Shown here: positions 16,743 through 25,772 of the stretch, piece by piece | Layout: each line of letters opens with the position of its first letter | How positions within the stretch are numbered: position 1 is the stretch's first letter | NCBI RefSeq assembly: GCF_003367075.2 | Contig: NZ_CP065936.1 | Span: 2,340,001-2,372,000, forward strand | From: Cylindrospermopsis raciborskii Cr2010 | GTDB lineage: Bacteria; Cyanobacteriota; Cyanobacteriia; Cyanobacteriales; Nostocaceae | Length of the DNA: 32,000 nucleotides | Reading direction: 5' to 3' | The notes under the pieces: generated by a model | What the model was told of the DNA's origin: nothing | Seen by the model: only the letters and a program-made list of their open reading frames with translations | Database searches by the model: none | Program-made: the position numbers and the translations under genes

Positions 16743-18655
16743 GGGAGGGGAGTTAGGTTTACCGTGGGTTTGTCTTCATCAAACAAAGCCAAATCAAACC
16801 AAAAGGTAGTACCTACTCCAACTTCACTAACCAAATGCACTTGACTATGGTGTCTTTCCATGATATTTCTAACGATAGATAAACCCAATCCAGTACCCTC
16901 TAGGGTATGAACTCGATTTTCCACCCGGAAAAAGCGGTCAAAAATTGCCTGTTGGTCTTCTGGAGCAATGCCTATACCTGTATCGCTAATCTCAATGCGA
17001 ACTAATGGAGAATTGTGACCAGACCTATTTACATCCACCCTATAAGCACGAATAGCTACTATGCCTCCTGCTGGTGTGAATTTTAAAGCATTACCGATTA
17101 AATTGCCAAACACTTGCAGCAATAAATCATAATTACCTATTACCAGTGGTAAATTAGGTGTTAGTTCCTGAACCAGGTTAATACCCTTTTCCTTAGCATT
17201 AAGTTGATAAGTTCTCAATGTTTGTTCTAATGCTTGTGCTAAGTCAACACCATCAAAATGATAGGTTCGACCAGACTCTAGTTTTGATAAGTCCAAAACA
17301 TCATTAACCAAGCGGGTAAGTCTATCAGTTTCATGGTTTACAGTTGCCAAAAATTCTTGACGCTCTTTGGCACCTAGGTCATCACCATAATCATGAAGAG
17401 TCTCAATATAGGTTTTAATATTAAACAGGGGAGTGCGCAACTCATGGGAAATATTACTAATAAATTGACTTTTAGCTTCATTTAATTCCACTTCTCGGGT
17501 GATATCTTGCACAGTAATAGCAATACCCTTAATGCTTTCTCTTTGGGAGTCAAGAACGGTGGTCAAAAGAATACGGATGGTACGTTTAGTTGGTTCTACC
17601 AGGAGGATGCGAAATTCTGCACTTTCACGCTCACCACTGGCCATTTCATACAAAGTGCGAGTTATTTCCATTTGTACACTATGTGGTAGGTAATTCAAAA
17701 GATTTTGACCCACCACATCTGTTCCTTCCCAGGCAAAAATACGTCTGGCCGTGGGATTGACCAAAATTACCTGCATATTATTATCAATAAGTACTGCACC
17801 ATCAGCAATAGTAGAAACTAAAGTTTCCAATTTAGCTTTTTCCGCAGTTAATTCCTCTATATTTTGTTCCTCATACCTTTCTAGTCTTTCGGCCATATCA
17901 TTAAAGCTGAAAATTAGTTCCCCTAATTCTCCTCCCAAGGGTAAATCTATGCGCTGTTTAAAATTTCCCGCTGCTATTTGCTTTACCCCTGCTAGCAATT
18001 CCTTGATTGGTTTGGTAATGGTCAAAGCATTAATCACCCCTGCCAAAATTACCATCACCCAAATTGTGATAAAAACCGCAATAGTTACATCACGGGTAAA
18101 ATTGGAGGAAATTACCGCTGTGGGATTGGGATTAATGCCAATGGCCAGCATACCCAAATATCGCTTATTTGCCATCAAAGGGATAAATACATCTGTGACC
18201 AAACCATCAGGCGTATTGTGTTGACGAACTATTGGTTTTTGCTCATCATCAAGATAGTCTTCTGGTGGTAGCATTTCTTGTTTAATCGTCAAGGAACTTT
18301 CTACCTGGGGATCCCAGAAGGGAATGCCAAAAAAGATTTCCCCCGTTTCATCAGCATACAGCATATAGCGCACGCTAGATGTGCTACTGTAAAAACGCTG
18401 GGAAAACTGTGCCACCTCTGTGAAGTTTTTTTCTGCAACTAGTGGTGTAACGTTAGAAGCTAACAGCAGTCCCAGGTCTCTGCCAAATCTTGTGTCATTC
18501 AACCATTCATCTTGTTGAATTGTATTAACCGCCCAAAAGGTTAATCCACTCATAAATAGGGAAACCACTAAGGTAGCAACTGCTAGGAGCTTAGTTTGTA
18601 GAGTAAACTCATACCACCAATGATTAATCACATTACGAATTGTTACAATTAACAT
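16739..18655 (-). CDS. Sensor histidine kinase, NblS/Hik33-type architecture (TM-loop-TM-HAMP-PAS-HisKA-HATPase)
   Basis: 638 aa. Two TM helices flank a loop of about 150 aa. It has a HAMP domain (IAAGNFKQRIDLP), a PAS domain, the H-box FISNISHELRTPL, the N-box GNALKFTP and the G-boxes DTGIGI and GTGLGLSIV. The NblS assignment rests on architecture only. Confidence 0.8.
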   Translation of the reverse strand: MLIVTIRNVINHWWYEFTLQTKLLAVATLVVSLFMSGLTFWAVNTIQQDEWLNDTRFGRDLGLLLASNVTPLVAEKNFTEVAQFSQRFYSSTSSVRYMLYADETGEIFFGIPFWDPQVESSLTIKQEMLPPEDYLDDEQKPIVRQHNTPDGLVTDVFIPLMANKRYLGMLAIGINPNPTAVISSNFTRDVTIAVFITIWVMVILAGVINALTITKPIKELLAGVKQIAAGNFKQRIDLPLGGELGELIFSFNDMAERLERYEEQNIEELTAEKAKLETLVSTIADGAVLIDNNMQVILVNPTARRIFAWEGTDVVGQNLLNYLPHSVQMEITRTLYEMASGERESAEFRILLVEPTKRTIRILLTTVLDSQRESIKGIAITVQDITREVELNEAKSQFISNISHELRTPLFNIKTYIETLHDYGDDLGAKERQEFLATVNHETDRLTRLVNDVLDLSKLESGRTYHFDGVDLAQALEQTLRTYQLNAKEKGINLVQELTPNLPLVIGNYDLLLQVFGNLIGNALKFTPAGGIVAIRAYRVDVNRSGHNSPLVRIEISDTGIGIAPEDQQAIFDRFFRVENRVHTLEGTGLGLSIVRNIMERHHSQVHLVSEVGVGTTFWFDLALFDEDKPTVNLTPLP

Positions 18656-18720
18656 TGTTCGACCACCAATATGTTTGATTACATTCTTAGCCTATCATCA
18701 AATCTACTGATTGGTGGAGA

Positions 18721-20028
18721 TTAGCCAATAAATTTGAGGACACGATGACCGATATCTCGACGGTAGTACATTCCGGAAAATTCAATCTGTTGAATTCCAT
18801 GGTATGCTTGGGCGATCGCCTGGTGGAAATTTTCTCCCCATCCAGTAATATTTAACACTCTACCGCCATCGGAGATAATTTGCCCTTGGGCATTTAATTT
18901 AGTACCAGCATGGAACACTTTGGCACCTGATATTTCCGCATCTGGGATACCAGTAATCACCTGACCCTTTTGATAATTACCGGGATAACCAGCCGAAGCT
19001 GCGACAACGGTAGCTGCTGCGCCCGATTTCCAAACCAAGGGTGGGATGTGTGCTAATCGCTGGTGAATACAAGCTAGGATCAATTCATCTAAAGGGGTTT
19101 CTAATAAAGGTAGAATCACTTGGGTTTCAGGATCGCCAAAGCGACAGTTAAACTCCAAAACACGGAAGTCGCCATTATCTGCAACCATTAGGCCAGCGTA
19201 CAAAATCCCACGATAGTCAATCCCTCTTTGATTTAAAGCCGAAATGGTATTTTCTAAAACTTCCGTTTGCACCCGTGACATTAGCTCTGGTGTAGCGATA
19301 GGAGTTGGTGCGTATGCTCCCATACCTCCAGTATTTTCTCCTGTATCACCTTCACCTATACGTTTATGGTCTTGTGCAGGTAAGAGTGGTCTAATAGTGA
19401 CTCCATCTGTGATGGCTAAAACAGATACTTCTTGACCCAGGAGGTATTCCTCAATAACCACAAAATTACCTGCACTACCAAACTGTCCTTGAAAAATAGC
19501 ATCTATAGCCATTTCAGCTTGTGTGAGAGTTTCAGCCACGGTCACACCCTTACCAGCAGCTAAACCATCAGCTTTAATGACTATTGGTATTCCCTGATGT
19601 TGAACATAGATCTTTGCTAAATGGGCCTGGTCAAATACAGCAGCTTTAGCTGTAGGTACCCCTGCTTCTTGCATTAATGATTTAGCCCAGGACTTACTTG
19701 CCTCAATTTGCGCTCCATTGCGGTTAGGACCAAATACCATAAGTCCTAGTTCTTGTAAGTAGTCAGTGATGCCATTTGCCAAGGGGACTTCTGGACCAAC
19801 GACCACCAAGGAAATGTTATGTTCTAGGGCGAATTTGCCTATAGCAGGGAAGTCGTTTACTGATAGGGGTAGGTTTTGACAACCCTTGAGATTTGCAGTA
19901 CCACCATTTCCGGGTACGCAAACCACCTGATTAACCCGCTCAGACTGTAGCAGTTTCCACGCCAGAGCGTGTTCTCTTCCCCCATTACCAATAACTAAAA
20001 CCTTCACCTGTTCTAATACCTTTGCCAC
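18721..20028 (-). CDS. purD: Phosphoribosylamine--glycine ligase
   Basis: 435 aa. It has VLVIGNGGREHALAWKL, an ATP-grasp core and GDPETQ. The true start may be the downstream GTG at VKVLVIGNGG. Confidence 0.9.
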   Translation of the reverse strand: MAKVLEQVKVLVIGNGGREHALAWKLLQSERVNQVVCVPGNGGTANLKGCQNLPLSVNDFPAIGKFALEHNISLVVVGPEVPLANGITDYLQELGLMVFGPNRNGAQIEASKSWAKSLMQEAGVPTAKAAVFDQAHLAKIYVQHQGIPIVIKADGLAAGKGVTVAETLTQAEMAIDAIFQGQFGSAGNFVVIEEYLLGQEVSVLAITDGVTIRPLLPAQDHKRIGEGDTGENTGGMGAYAPTPIATPELMSRVQTEVLENTISALNQRGIDYRGILYAGLMVADNGDFRVLEFNCRFGDPETQVILPLLETPLDELILACIHQRLAHIPPLVWKSGAAATVVAASAGYPGNYQKGQVITGIPDAEISGAKVFHAGTKLNAQGQIISDGGRVLNITGWGENFHQAIAQAYHGIQQIEFSGMYYRRDIGHRVLKFIG

Positions 20029-20160
20029 AAAAATAGATAAAAGTTAGAGTGGATGTACTAGAGCTATTATTTGGCAACAAAAAACTCTCTACTCCACAAG
20101 CTGGACTAAATTATAGCACCTCACAGCACCATTTATTTTTTTTCGGTGACAATTTCAGAT

Positions 20161-20280
20161 TTAAGTAGAGAGGCACAATTATTTGTAGGATGGGTTAGCT
20201 GTAGGGTAACCCATGGGGGTGTTGGGTTTCATACTTCAACCCAACCTACGTTCATCTTATATTTAATTCCACTGACCCAC
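20161..20280. repeat. Dispersed ~120-nt two-hairpin element, copy A (MITE-like or Nostocales short dispersed repeat)
   Basis: About 90 percent identical to 30295-30411. It contains hairpin 1 (atgggtta-N9-taacccat) and hairpin 2 (gttgggtt-N9-aacccaac). It abuts the DUF29 stop codon. Confidence 0.85.
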
Positions 20281-20760
20281 TTATTGTTGGGCCTCGATGA
20301 TTGCTTTTTGAAAATCTTTAGTCGTATTACAGATAAATTGTGGATTTAAAATTTGCTCAATTTTGTAACAACAAACATCAGGGAATATAGCCAACTCCAT
20401 TCCTGTTTCTGCTGCTGCTTCTCGACGAGCATTTCGGTAAGCTTTACTTACCAAGTCAGGAATATACTTTCCTAAACCAGGATTTTCTTCTAACAAATCT
20501 TGAAGATCGTCTCGTTGGTTAGCAATTGTGGTAAACCAACTGATAGACCGCTTATCAGCTTGATATTGCCACTTGAGTAAATGGGAGAGTAGAACAATTA
20601 AACGACTCTTTAACTCATTTTTTTCACTAATGCCCATTAACGTTAATTCTTCAGCCAAATTATCCCAATCTAAAACATCGCCATTTCTATGCTTCAACGC
20701 TGAAACCTGGTGATTTAACCAGGTTAAGAAATCCGTGATATACAAGGAAGGGTCAGGCAT
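20281..20760 (-). CDS. DUF29 domain-containing protein
   Basis: 159 aa. The sequence LYITDFLTWLNHQVSALKHRN...LDWDNLAEELTLMGISEKNELKSRLIVLLSHLLKWQYQADKRSISWFTTIANQRDDLQDLLEENPGL matches the DUF29 consensus pattern as I recall it. Confidence 0.75.
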   Translation of the reverse strand: MPDPSLYITDFLTWLNHQVSALKHRNGDVLDWDNLAEELTLMGISEKNELKSRLIVLLSHLLKWQYQADKRSISWFTTIANQRDDLQDLLEENPGLGKYIPDLVSKAYRNARREAAAETGMELAIFPDVCCYKIEQILNPQFICNTTKDFQKAIIEAQQ

Positions 20761-20805
20761 AAAAAATTACCGATTTTACTGTCAGCACTAGTTACCTCAA
20801 CACCA

Positions 20806-20835
20806 AGAGTATATCAGATTTGTTGTATAAGTCAA
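20806..20835 (-). promoter_or_regulatory. Sigma70-like promoter for the DUF29 gene (TTGACT-16 nt-TGaTATACT)
   Basis: The minus strand reads TTGACTtatacaacaaatcTGaTATACTct, with the ATG 45 nt further downstream. It has a near-consensus -35 and an extended -10. Confidence 0.4.
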
Positions 20836-20929
20836 GGGGATATGGCGTTTAGTTTACATTTCTTTGCCGAAAATCAAAGGATGAAGGCCCCTGCATTCAT
20901 GGATGGGGATTTCAATTTGTTTTGTCGTA

Positions 20930-22843
20930 TTATTTTCTTGAGGTTATTAATCTGAGGAAATAGATTATTAGTCCTACAAATCCTAACTCATTCCACAAAA
21001 ACTTTCTTAGTTCTCTATGGTTCCTAGGTTTGCGAAATTCCATCAAATACGCATCAAGACTGCGAACGGCAATCGCCTCTTGTCTGTTTCTATCCAGTAA
21101 AGTTTGTACCGTTGTGTACTGATCTAGGAGCTGTCTTAAATTTTCTAACCCCCCTGTTTCCAACAAAATTTGACTAATTTGATTATGAACGGCGATCGCC
21201 TCTTGTTTGCTTCTATCTAATGAATTTCGTACCATTCTGCATTGATCCAGCAGCTGTCTTAAATTTTCTGTCCCTCCTGTTTCCAACAAAATTTGATTAA
21301 CTTGACCTAGGTTGGACTCAATACTTTTATTTGACTGATTAATATATCTATAGTGGGTTGCAATTTCCGTGGAAATCCTCCCGTAGGTTTGAACCAGATT
21401 TTCCAACCTGGTTTCGGATTCGCTAATATAGGTTTGTAATTGATTATATTGACTAGCTACTTCCTGTGATCTAGTTTGTGCTACTGCTTCGATAGATTGT
21501 AAGTTTTGTTCAATATGTTGTATGTTTCGGTAAGTAAGTTGGGAAGAACTCTCGGCTTGTTGGATATTAGTCAAGACTTGTTGAATATCTGCCCATAAGT
21601 TAGGACTAATACCCAGTTGACTAATTTGATTATAAACGGCGATCGCCTCTTGTTTAATTCTGTCCAACGAAGTTTGTATATTTCTAGATTGATCCAGCAA
21701 CTGTCTTAAATTTTCTGTCCCTCCTGTTTCCAACAAAATTTGACTAATTTGATTATGAACGGTGATCGCCCCTTGTTTGCTTATATCTAATGAAGTCTGT
21801 ACACTTCTAGATTGATCCAGCAGCTGTCTTAAATTTTCTATTCCTCCTGTTTCCAACAAAATTTGATTAATTTGACCTAGGTTGGACTCAATATTCTCAT
21901 TGGCTTGGTTAATATATCCATAATTAGTTTCAATTTCCGTGGAAATCCTCCCGTAGGTTTGAATCAAATTTTCCAACCTGGTTTCCGATTGGCTAATATA
22001 GGTTTGTAATTGATTATATTGACTAGCTAGTTCCTGTGATCTACTTTGTACTACTGCTTCAATAGATTGTAAGTTTTGTTGAATATTTTGTATATCCTGA
22101 TAGGTGAGTTGGGAAGAACTATCTAGTTGTTGAATCTTACTTAAAAATTGTTGGATATTTGCCCAGAAATCAGAGGTAATACCTAGTTCAATAATTTGAT
22201 TTTGAAATGCGATCGCCTCCTGTCTAGTTCTATCCAGTGAAGTCTGTACCGTTGTAGACTGGTCTAGGAGCTGTCTTAAATTTTCTACACCCCCAGTCTC
22301 TAAAAGAATTTGACTAATTTGATCATGAAGAGCGATCGCCTCTTGTTTGGTTCCATCCAATGAAGTTTGTGCCGTTATGGACTGATCTAGGAGCTGTCTT
22401 AAATTTTCCATTCCTCCTATATCTAACAGAATTTGATTAATTTGACCTAAGTTAGATTCAATATTTTTATTTGCTTGACTGACTTCTATATATTTAGTTT
22501 CAATTTGTGTATAAATCTTATGATATTCTTCAAGCTCTTTGATACTAGCCAGGACTTGTTGAATATTCGTCCATAAATCAGGGGTAACACCTAGTTCACT
22601 AATTTGATTTGGCAAGTCCCTTAAGCTCTGTAGTTCTGAATTAATCTTTTCAGCGTGATCATAATTAGCAAGACTACGGGTTTCAATCTCTTCCAGGTCA
22701 CTTTTCACTACTTGTGCATTTTGTAAAATATCTCTTGCATCTTTTAGGACATCTCTTGCATCTTCAATTGCCTCATTTATCACGTCACATAATTTTTTAA
22801 GATCTCTAGCAACATCTAAATCTGTTTTATGTTGAACATTCAT
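20930..22843 (-). CDS. Tail-anchored, highly repetitive coiled-coil protein of unknown function
   Basis: 637 aa, rich in Q, L, E, I and N. It has heptad-like repeats and a single C-terminal hydrophobic segment (FLWNELGFVGLIIYFLRLI). I recognise no family. Confidence 0.7.
   Translation of the reverse strand: MNVQHKTDLDVARDLKKLCDVINEAIEDARDVLKDARDILQNAQVVKSDLEEIETRSLANYDHAEKINSELQSLRDLPNQISELGVTPDLWTNIQQVLASIKELEEYHKIYTQIETKYIEVSQANKNIESNLGQINQILLDIGGMENLRQLLDQSITAQTSLDGTKQEAIALHDQISQILLETGGVENLRQLLDQSTTVQTSLDRTRQEAIAFQNQIIELGITSDFWANIQQFLSKIQQLDSSSQLTYQDIQNIQQNLQSIEAVVQSRSQELASQYNQLQTYISQSETRLENLIQTYGRISTEIETNYGYINQANENIESNLGQINQILLETGGIENLRQLLDQSRSVQTSLDISKQGAITVHNQISQILLETGGTENLRQLLDQSRNIQTSLDRIKQEAIAVYNQISQLGISPNLWADIQQVLTNIQQAESSSQLTYRNIQHIEQNLQSIEAVAQTRSQEVASQYNQLQTYISESETRLENLVQTYGRISTEIATHYRYINQSNKSIESNLGQVNQILLETGGTENLRQLLDQCRMVRNSLDRSKQEAIAVHNQISQILLETGGLENLRQLLDQYTTVQTLLDRNRQEAIAVRSLDAYLMEFRKPRNHRELRKFLWNELGFVGLIIYFLRLITSRK
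21050..22597 (-). repeat. Nested in-frame repeats: 570-nt (190-aa) super-units each containing two 123-nt (41-aa) sub-units
   Basis: The marker (g/t/a)gc(g/a)atcgcc occurs at 21068, 21191, 21638, 21761, 22208 and 22331. This gives spacings of exactly 123 and 570 nt. Units are 21050-21619 and 21620-22189 (both full) and 22190-22597 (lacking 54 aa). Confidence 0.9.
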
Positions 22844-23152
22844 CTATTTTTATATTCCTATAGTGAGAACAAGTTTCAGCTGATAGATAGAGTATATCAG
22901 CAATTAGGATAGAATGTTTTTAAAAACGGGCGATGTCTAAGCACTCCCCAGATCCCATTTCTATAATCTTTCCCACTCACCGTGCGATCGCCAATAACGC
23001 TGGTTAGGGGCTAATCATCTGCACGTTATCGGCATAATTGATACCTTATATGCTATTGTGATGTTGGTTAAATCATTCTGTCGTTTAGCAACGCCTAGAT
23101 AAGGCTTAATGTGCTGGAGCCAAAAGGCACAGGATATGGAGTTGGCAGGATT

Positions 23153-23236
23153 TTATATTTTCTCCGGGTCAATACCAAGGGAACGTAGATAAGCAGCTAG
23201 TTTTTCTTTTTGTTGGCGTTCCTGGGGTTTCGTCCC
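23153..23236 (-). pseudogene. Short gene remnant (C-terminal tail ...QERQQKEKLAAYLRSLGIDPEKI*)
   Basis: A 27-codon open frame with no start codon ends at a stop at 23153-23155. It is cut off upstream by a stop inside a hairpin repeat module. The tail resembles C-termini I recall from cyanobacterial Uma2/DUF820-type proteins. This is weak evidence. Confidence 0.25.
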
Positions 23237-23248
23237 TCAACCCCAACC
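23224..23248. repeat. Variant hairpin module (ggggtt-tcgtccctc-aacccc)
   Basis: It has the same loop family (tcgt(t/c)cctc) and the same stem logic as the gttgggtt/aacccaac module. It sits at the 5' break of the gene remnant. Confidence 0.6.
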
Positions 23249-23299
23249 AATGATGCTTAAACTACGCGTCACAGGTGGTTACCGTGATGTGTTTGATGG

Positions 23300-25726
23300 T
23301 CAATTCGGGAGATTATTGCGATAAATCTGATATTCATCGAAAGTCATAAAGTTTCCTGCTTGGTAATCACTTTCTGAGATACTTTCGATCGCCATCTGAC
23401 ATAAATTAGACACTGGGGACAAATTATGGAAATTATTGTTTGATATTAGACTGCTAAATGGATAGTCTGCGGGAAACTGCTGACCTAAATTCATTCTTAC
23501 ACGAGCTGCTTCGTAGGGTAAAAACCTATCCTCAAGATCTTGAGCTATGGCATTAATGATACGGTTATAGGCATTAGCCAGGGTTCTCTTTAATTCATTT
23601 GCTTGAGTGATAGCATCCCAAAATCGGCGGGAACTTCTCAGAAGTAAACACTTTATGGCAATCCTATTATAAAAATCGGTAATATTGTTATCAGCTTGCT
23701 TCAATTCCCTGTCCAAAAAATCTGGGTTACACTGGGATAATCTTGCTATTAACTTAGATTCAATTTCATTGATTCTATCATCTGCAGCTGTGCGAAGAAC
23801 GGTATACATATCCCAATGTATTAGGGGGGGATCGGAATTTACAGCATCATTAATTAACCGGTCAACCGCATCCACATCTTCTGAGAAATCTTCAGCACCA
23901 GATAACTCGGAAATCCAACTAATCAAAAAGTTACCATCCATGGAGGTATACCAATCACAGTTGGTAAATTTATCTCTTCCTCCTAACCTTTCCAATTCCC
24001 CAGGGGTTGCTATGATTAACAGTCTAGATTTTGCCCGGGTGGCGATGGTATACCAAATATTAGCCTCTTCAAAGGAGGGTTTACCTTCACCTTGAAATAT
24101 AAAAAAACCAATGCAAGCATCAAATTCTCTTCCCTTGGCTTCCTCAGCTTTCAGATAACTAATTCCAGGTAAGCAGTTTGCCACAAGCTCATGATTATGT
24201 TTATAAATTAAATGAACTTGGCGCGATAACTTACGCAGTAAATATCTGTCATCTTGCTGGGTTGAAGCACTAATGTTGTCACTTAAATGCTGGAGAAAAT
24301 TTTTAGCATCATCCATGGAGTTAACTTCTAATATGGCAACTTTTTCACCTATTTCAAAAGCATGTTCTGGATTGGAAGGATCAGGAAGGTGTCTACCACC
24401 AGCATTGGCGATCTTGGCAAAATTGTGCAATATTTCAGCAAATTCCAGTATTTTTTGGGTGTTGCGGTAGTTGTATTTAAGATGAATTCGTTGGTTAAGA
24501 TGTAGACTTCCCCAATCAAAATCAACCGGTTTAATCCGTTGATTCAGATCACCTAGTAACCAAATTATAGGTGGTAAAAATTGGTTCCGCCACCTTGTGA
24601 GCATTTGTATAACGTCATCTAATTCTCTAAGTAAATAATCCTGTGCTTCATCAAAAATGAACAGGGTCTGTCTTGTTATCTGTTCGGGGGTCATTATATC
24701 TGTGAGATTGAGTTCTTGAGTTGTTTTTCTCAAAGCGTCTAACCAAACTAGTTTGTTGTTGAGATGTTTATTGTATCCTTCCCTACCTTGCTTAATTTTT
24801 ATTAATTTTTTAACTCTCAGTTCGTTGTTTCTATAAATGGGATTTTTTACGTTTATACTATCTCTTTCATAAACAAAGCTTTTGTATAGTGTCAAGTCGT
24901 GGTCTGACAGATACTCATTATTACTAATAACATGGATCCTTCTGGCCTCTTTAGTAAGAGCATCTAATTCTTCTTCATTGGTGGCAACCTGATTATGTAG
25001 TTCAGAATTTACACTTCTATGCCATTCTTGAAAAGTACCAACAAAGAAAAATTGATCATCTTTTAGATCAAGTTCTTTAATACAGGTAAATTGTTTCACT
25101 TCCTCACAGAGAGCAGGTGGTAGAATTAGGATGATGTTCCAACCTTGTTGTGGTTGTGTGTATTGGTTACAAGCGAATAGTGCAGCACAAACTGTTTTAC
25201 CCGTACCTGGTGCACTCTGCAACAACAAGCTGGGAATTATTTCGTCCCTCCTTTCCCTCAAATTTTTAGTCAATGTGTTTAGGTGACTATAAATTGTTCT
25301 ATGTTGTTCTGGGGTGAGAATTGGTGAATAAAGATAGCCACCATAAACAAACTGATACCAGGATGAGTAATTTTGATCGGATACCTTATATGTGGGAATA
25401 CTCTCTACTCTGTCTTCTGGTAGATCAAGAATATCTGACCAAGCTAGGGGATTATCTAGGTTTCGATTCCTGTTGATTTGTTGATAAACCTTGTCTCTTC
25501 TTCCCACCTTAACAACCAGAAAATCATTATTTTCATCTCGTCTCCAGATTACTCTGATGTCATTTTGCCTGGTACGACATAAGTTTCCATAACCTTCTAG
25601 TTGTTTACAATCACCAGGAAGATCTTCACTAAAACCCTTAATTATGTTCCTAACAGTTTCTAGATCTTCATGGTATAGCTTCTGCATTTCCTTGAATGCT
25701 CTCTTGACAATTTTTACTTGTGCCAT
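23300..25726 (-). CDS. Fusion protein: N-terminal RelE/ParE-like toxin fold + SF1 (UvrD-like) helicase/ATPase core + uncharacterised helical C-terminal domain
   Basis: The N-terminus MAQVKIVKRAFKEMQKL...CKQLEGYGNLCRTRQNDIRVIWRRDENNDFLVVKVGRRDKVYQ aligns by eye with E. coli RelE (ALKEWRKL...KLRGMPDCYKIKLRSSGYRLVY...VVFVISVGKRERSEVY). Helicase motifs are Walker A SAPGTGKT, motif II FIFDEAQDY, motif III LLGDLNQRI, motif IV YNYRNTQ, motif V EEAKGREFD and motif VI TIATRAKSRLLII. I chose the start at 25726. The ORF-track start at 25792 adds a hydrophobic 22-aa extension that overlaps the divergent gene. Confidence 0.75.
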   Translation of the reverse strand: MAQVKIVKRAFKEMQKLYHEDLETVRNIIKGFSEDLPGDCKQLEGYGNLCRTRQNDIRVIWRRDENNDFLVVKVGRRDKVYQQINRNRNLDNPLAWSDILDLPEDRVESIPTYKVSDQNYSSWYQFVYGGYLYSPILTPEQHRTIYSHLNTLTKNLRERRDEIIPSLLLQSAPGTGKTVCAALFACNQYTQPQQGWNIILILPPALCEEVKQFTCIKELDLKDDQFFFVGTFQEWHRSVNSELHNQVATNEEELDALTKEARRIHVISNNEYLSDHDLTLYKSFVYERDSINVKNPIYRNNELRVKKLIKIKQGREGYNKHLNNKLVWLDALRKTTQELNLTDIMTPEQITRQTLFIFDEAQDYLLRELDDVIQMLTRWRNQFLPPIIWLLGDLNQRIKPVDFDWGSLHLNQRIHLKYNYRNTQKILEFAEILHNFAKIANAGGRHLPDPSNPEHAFEIGEKVAILEVNSMDDAKNFLQHLSDNISASTQQDDRYLLRKLSRQVHLIYKHNHELVANCLPGISYLKAEEAKGREFDACIGFFIFQGEGKPSFEEANIWYTIATRAKSRLLIIATPGELERLGGRDKFTNCDWYTSMDGNFLISWISELSGAEDFSEDVDAVDRLINDAVNSDPPLIHWDMYTVLRTAADDRINEIESKLIARLSQCNPDFLDRELKQADNNITDFYNRIAIKCLLLRSSRRFWDAITQANELKRTLANAYNRIINAIAQDLEDRFLPYEAARVRMNLGQQFPADYPFSSLISNNNFHNLSPVSNLCQMAIESISESDYQAGNFMTFDEYQIYRNNLPN

Positions 25727-25772
25727 TAGTTTATTGTATATTGTATGGAGGACAATATATACACTAACATAA

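Noticed and set aside
20146-20349. 67-aa + strand ORF, and the similar tail of the 86-aa ORF at 30154-30414 (shared FVGWVS.RVTHGGVGF..STQPTFIL peptide)
   Set aside because: The shared peptide is simply the translation of the dispersed ~120-nt hairpin element. The ORFs overlap real minus-strand genes and have no independent coding support.
20868-20900. Possible intrinsic terminator after the coiled-coil gene (atgaa-N10-ttcat followed by a T-rich tract on the minus strand)
   Set aside because: The stem is only 5 bp with a 10-nt loop and an interrupted U-tract, which is too weak to call. I also considered an IS200/IS605 (TnpB) right-end remnant here but could not support it from the sequence.
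21050-22597. Regularly spaced repeats that could suggest a CRISPR array
   Set aside because: The units are 123 and 570 nt, contiguous, in frame and translated into a coherent coiled-coil protein. There is no repeat-spacer alternation and there are no cas genes in the window.
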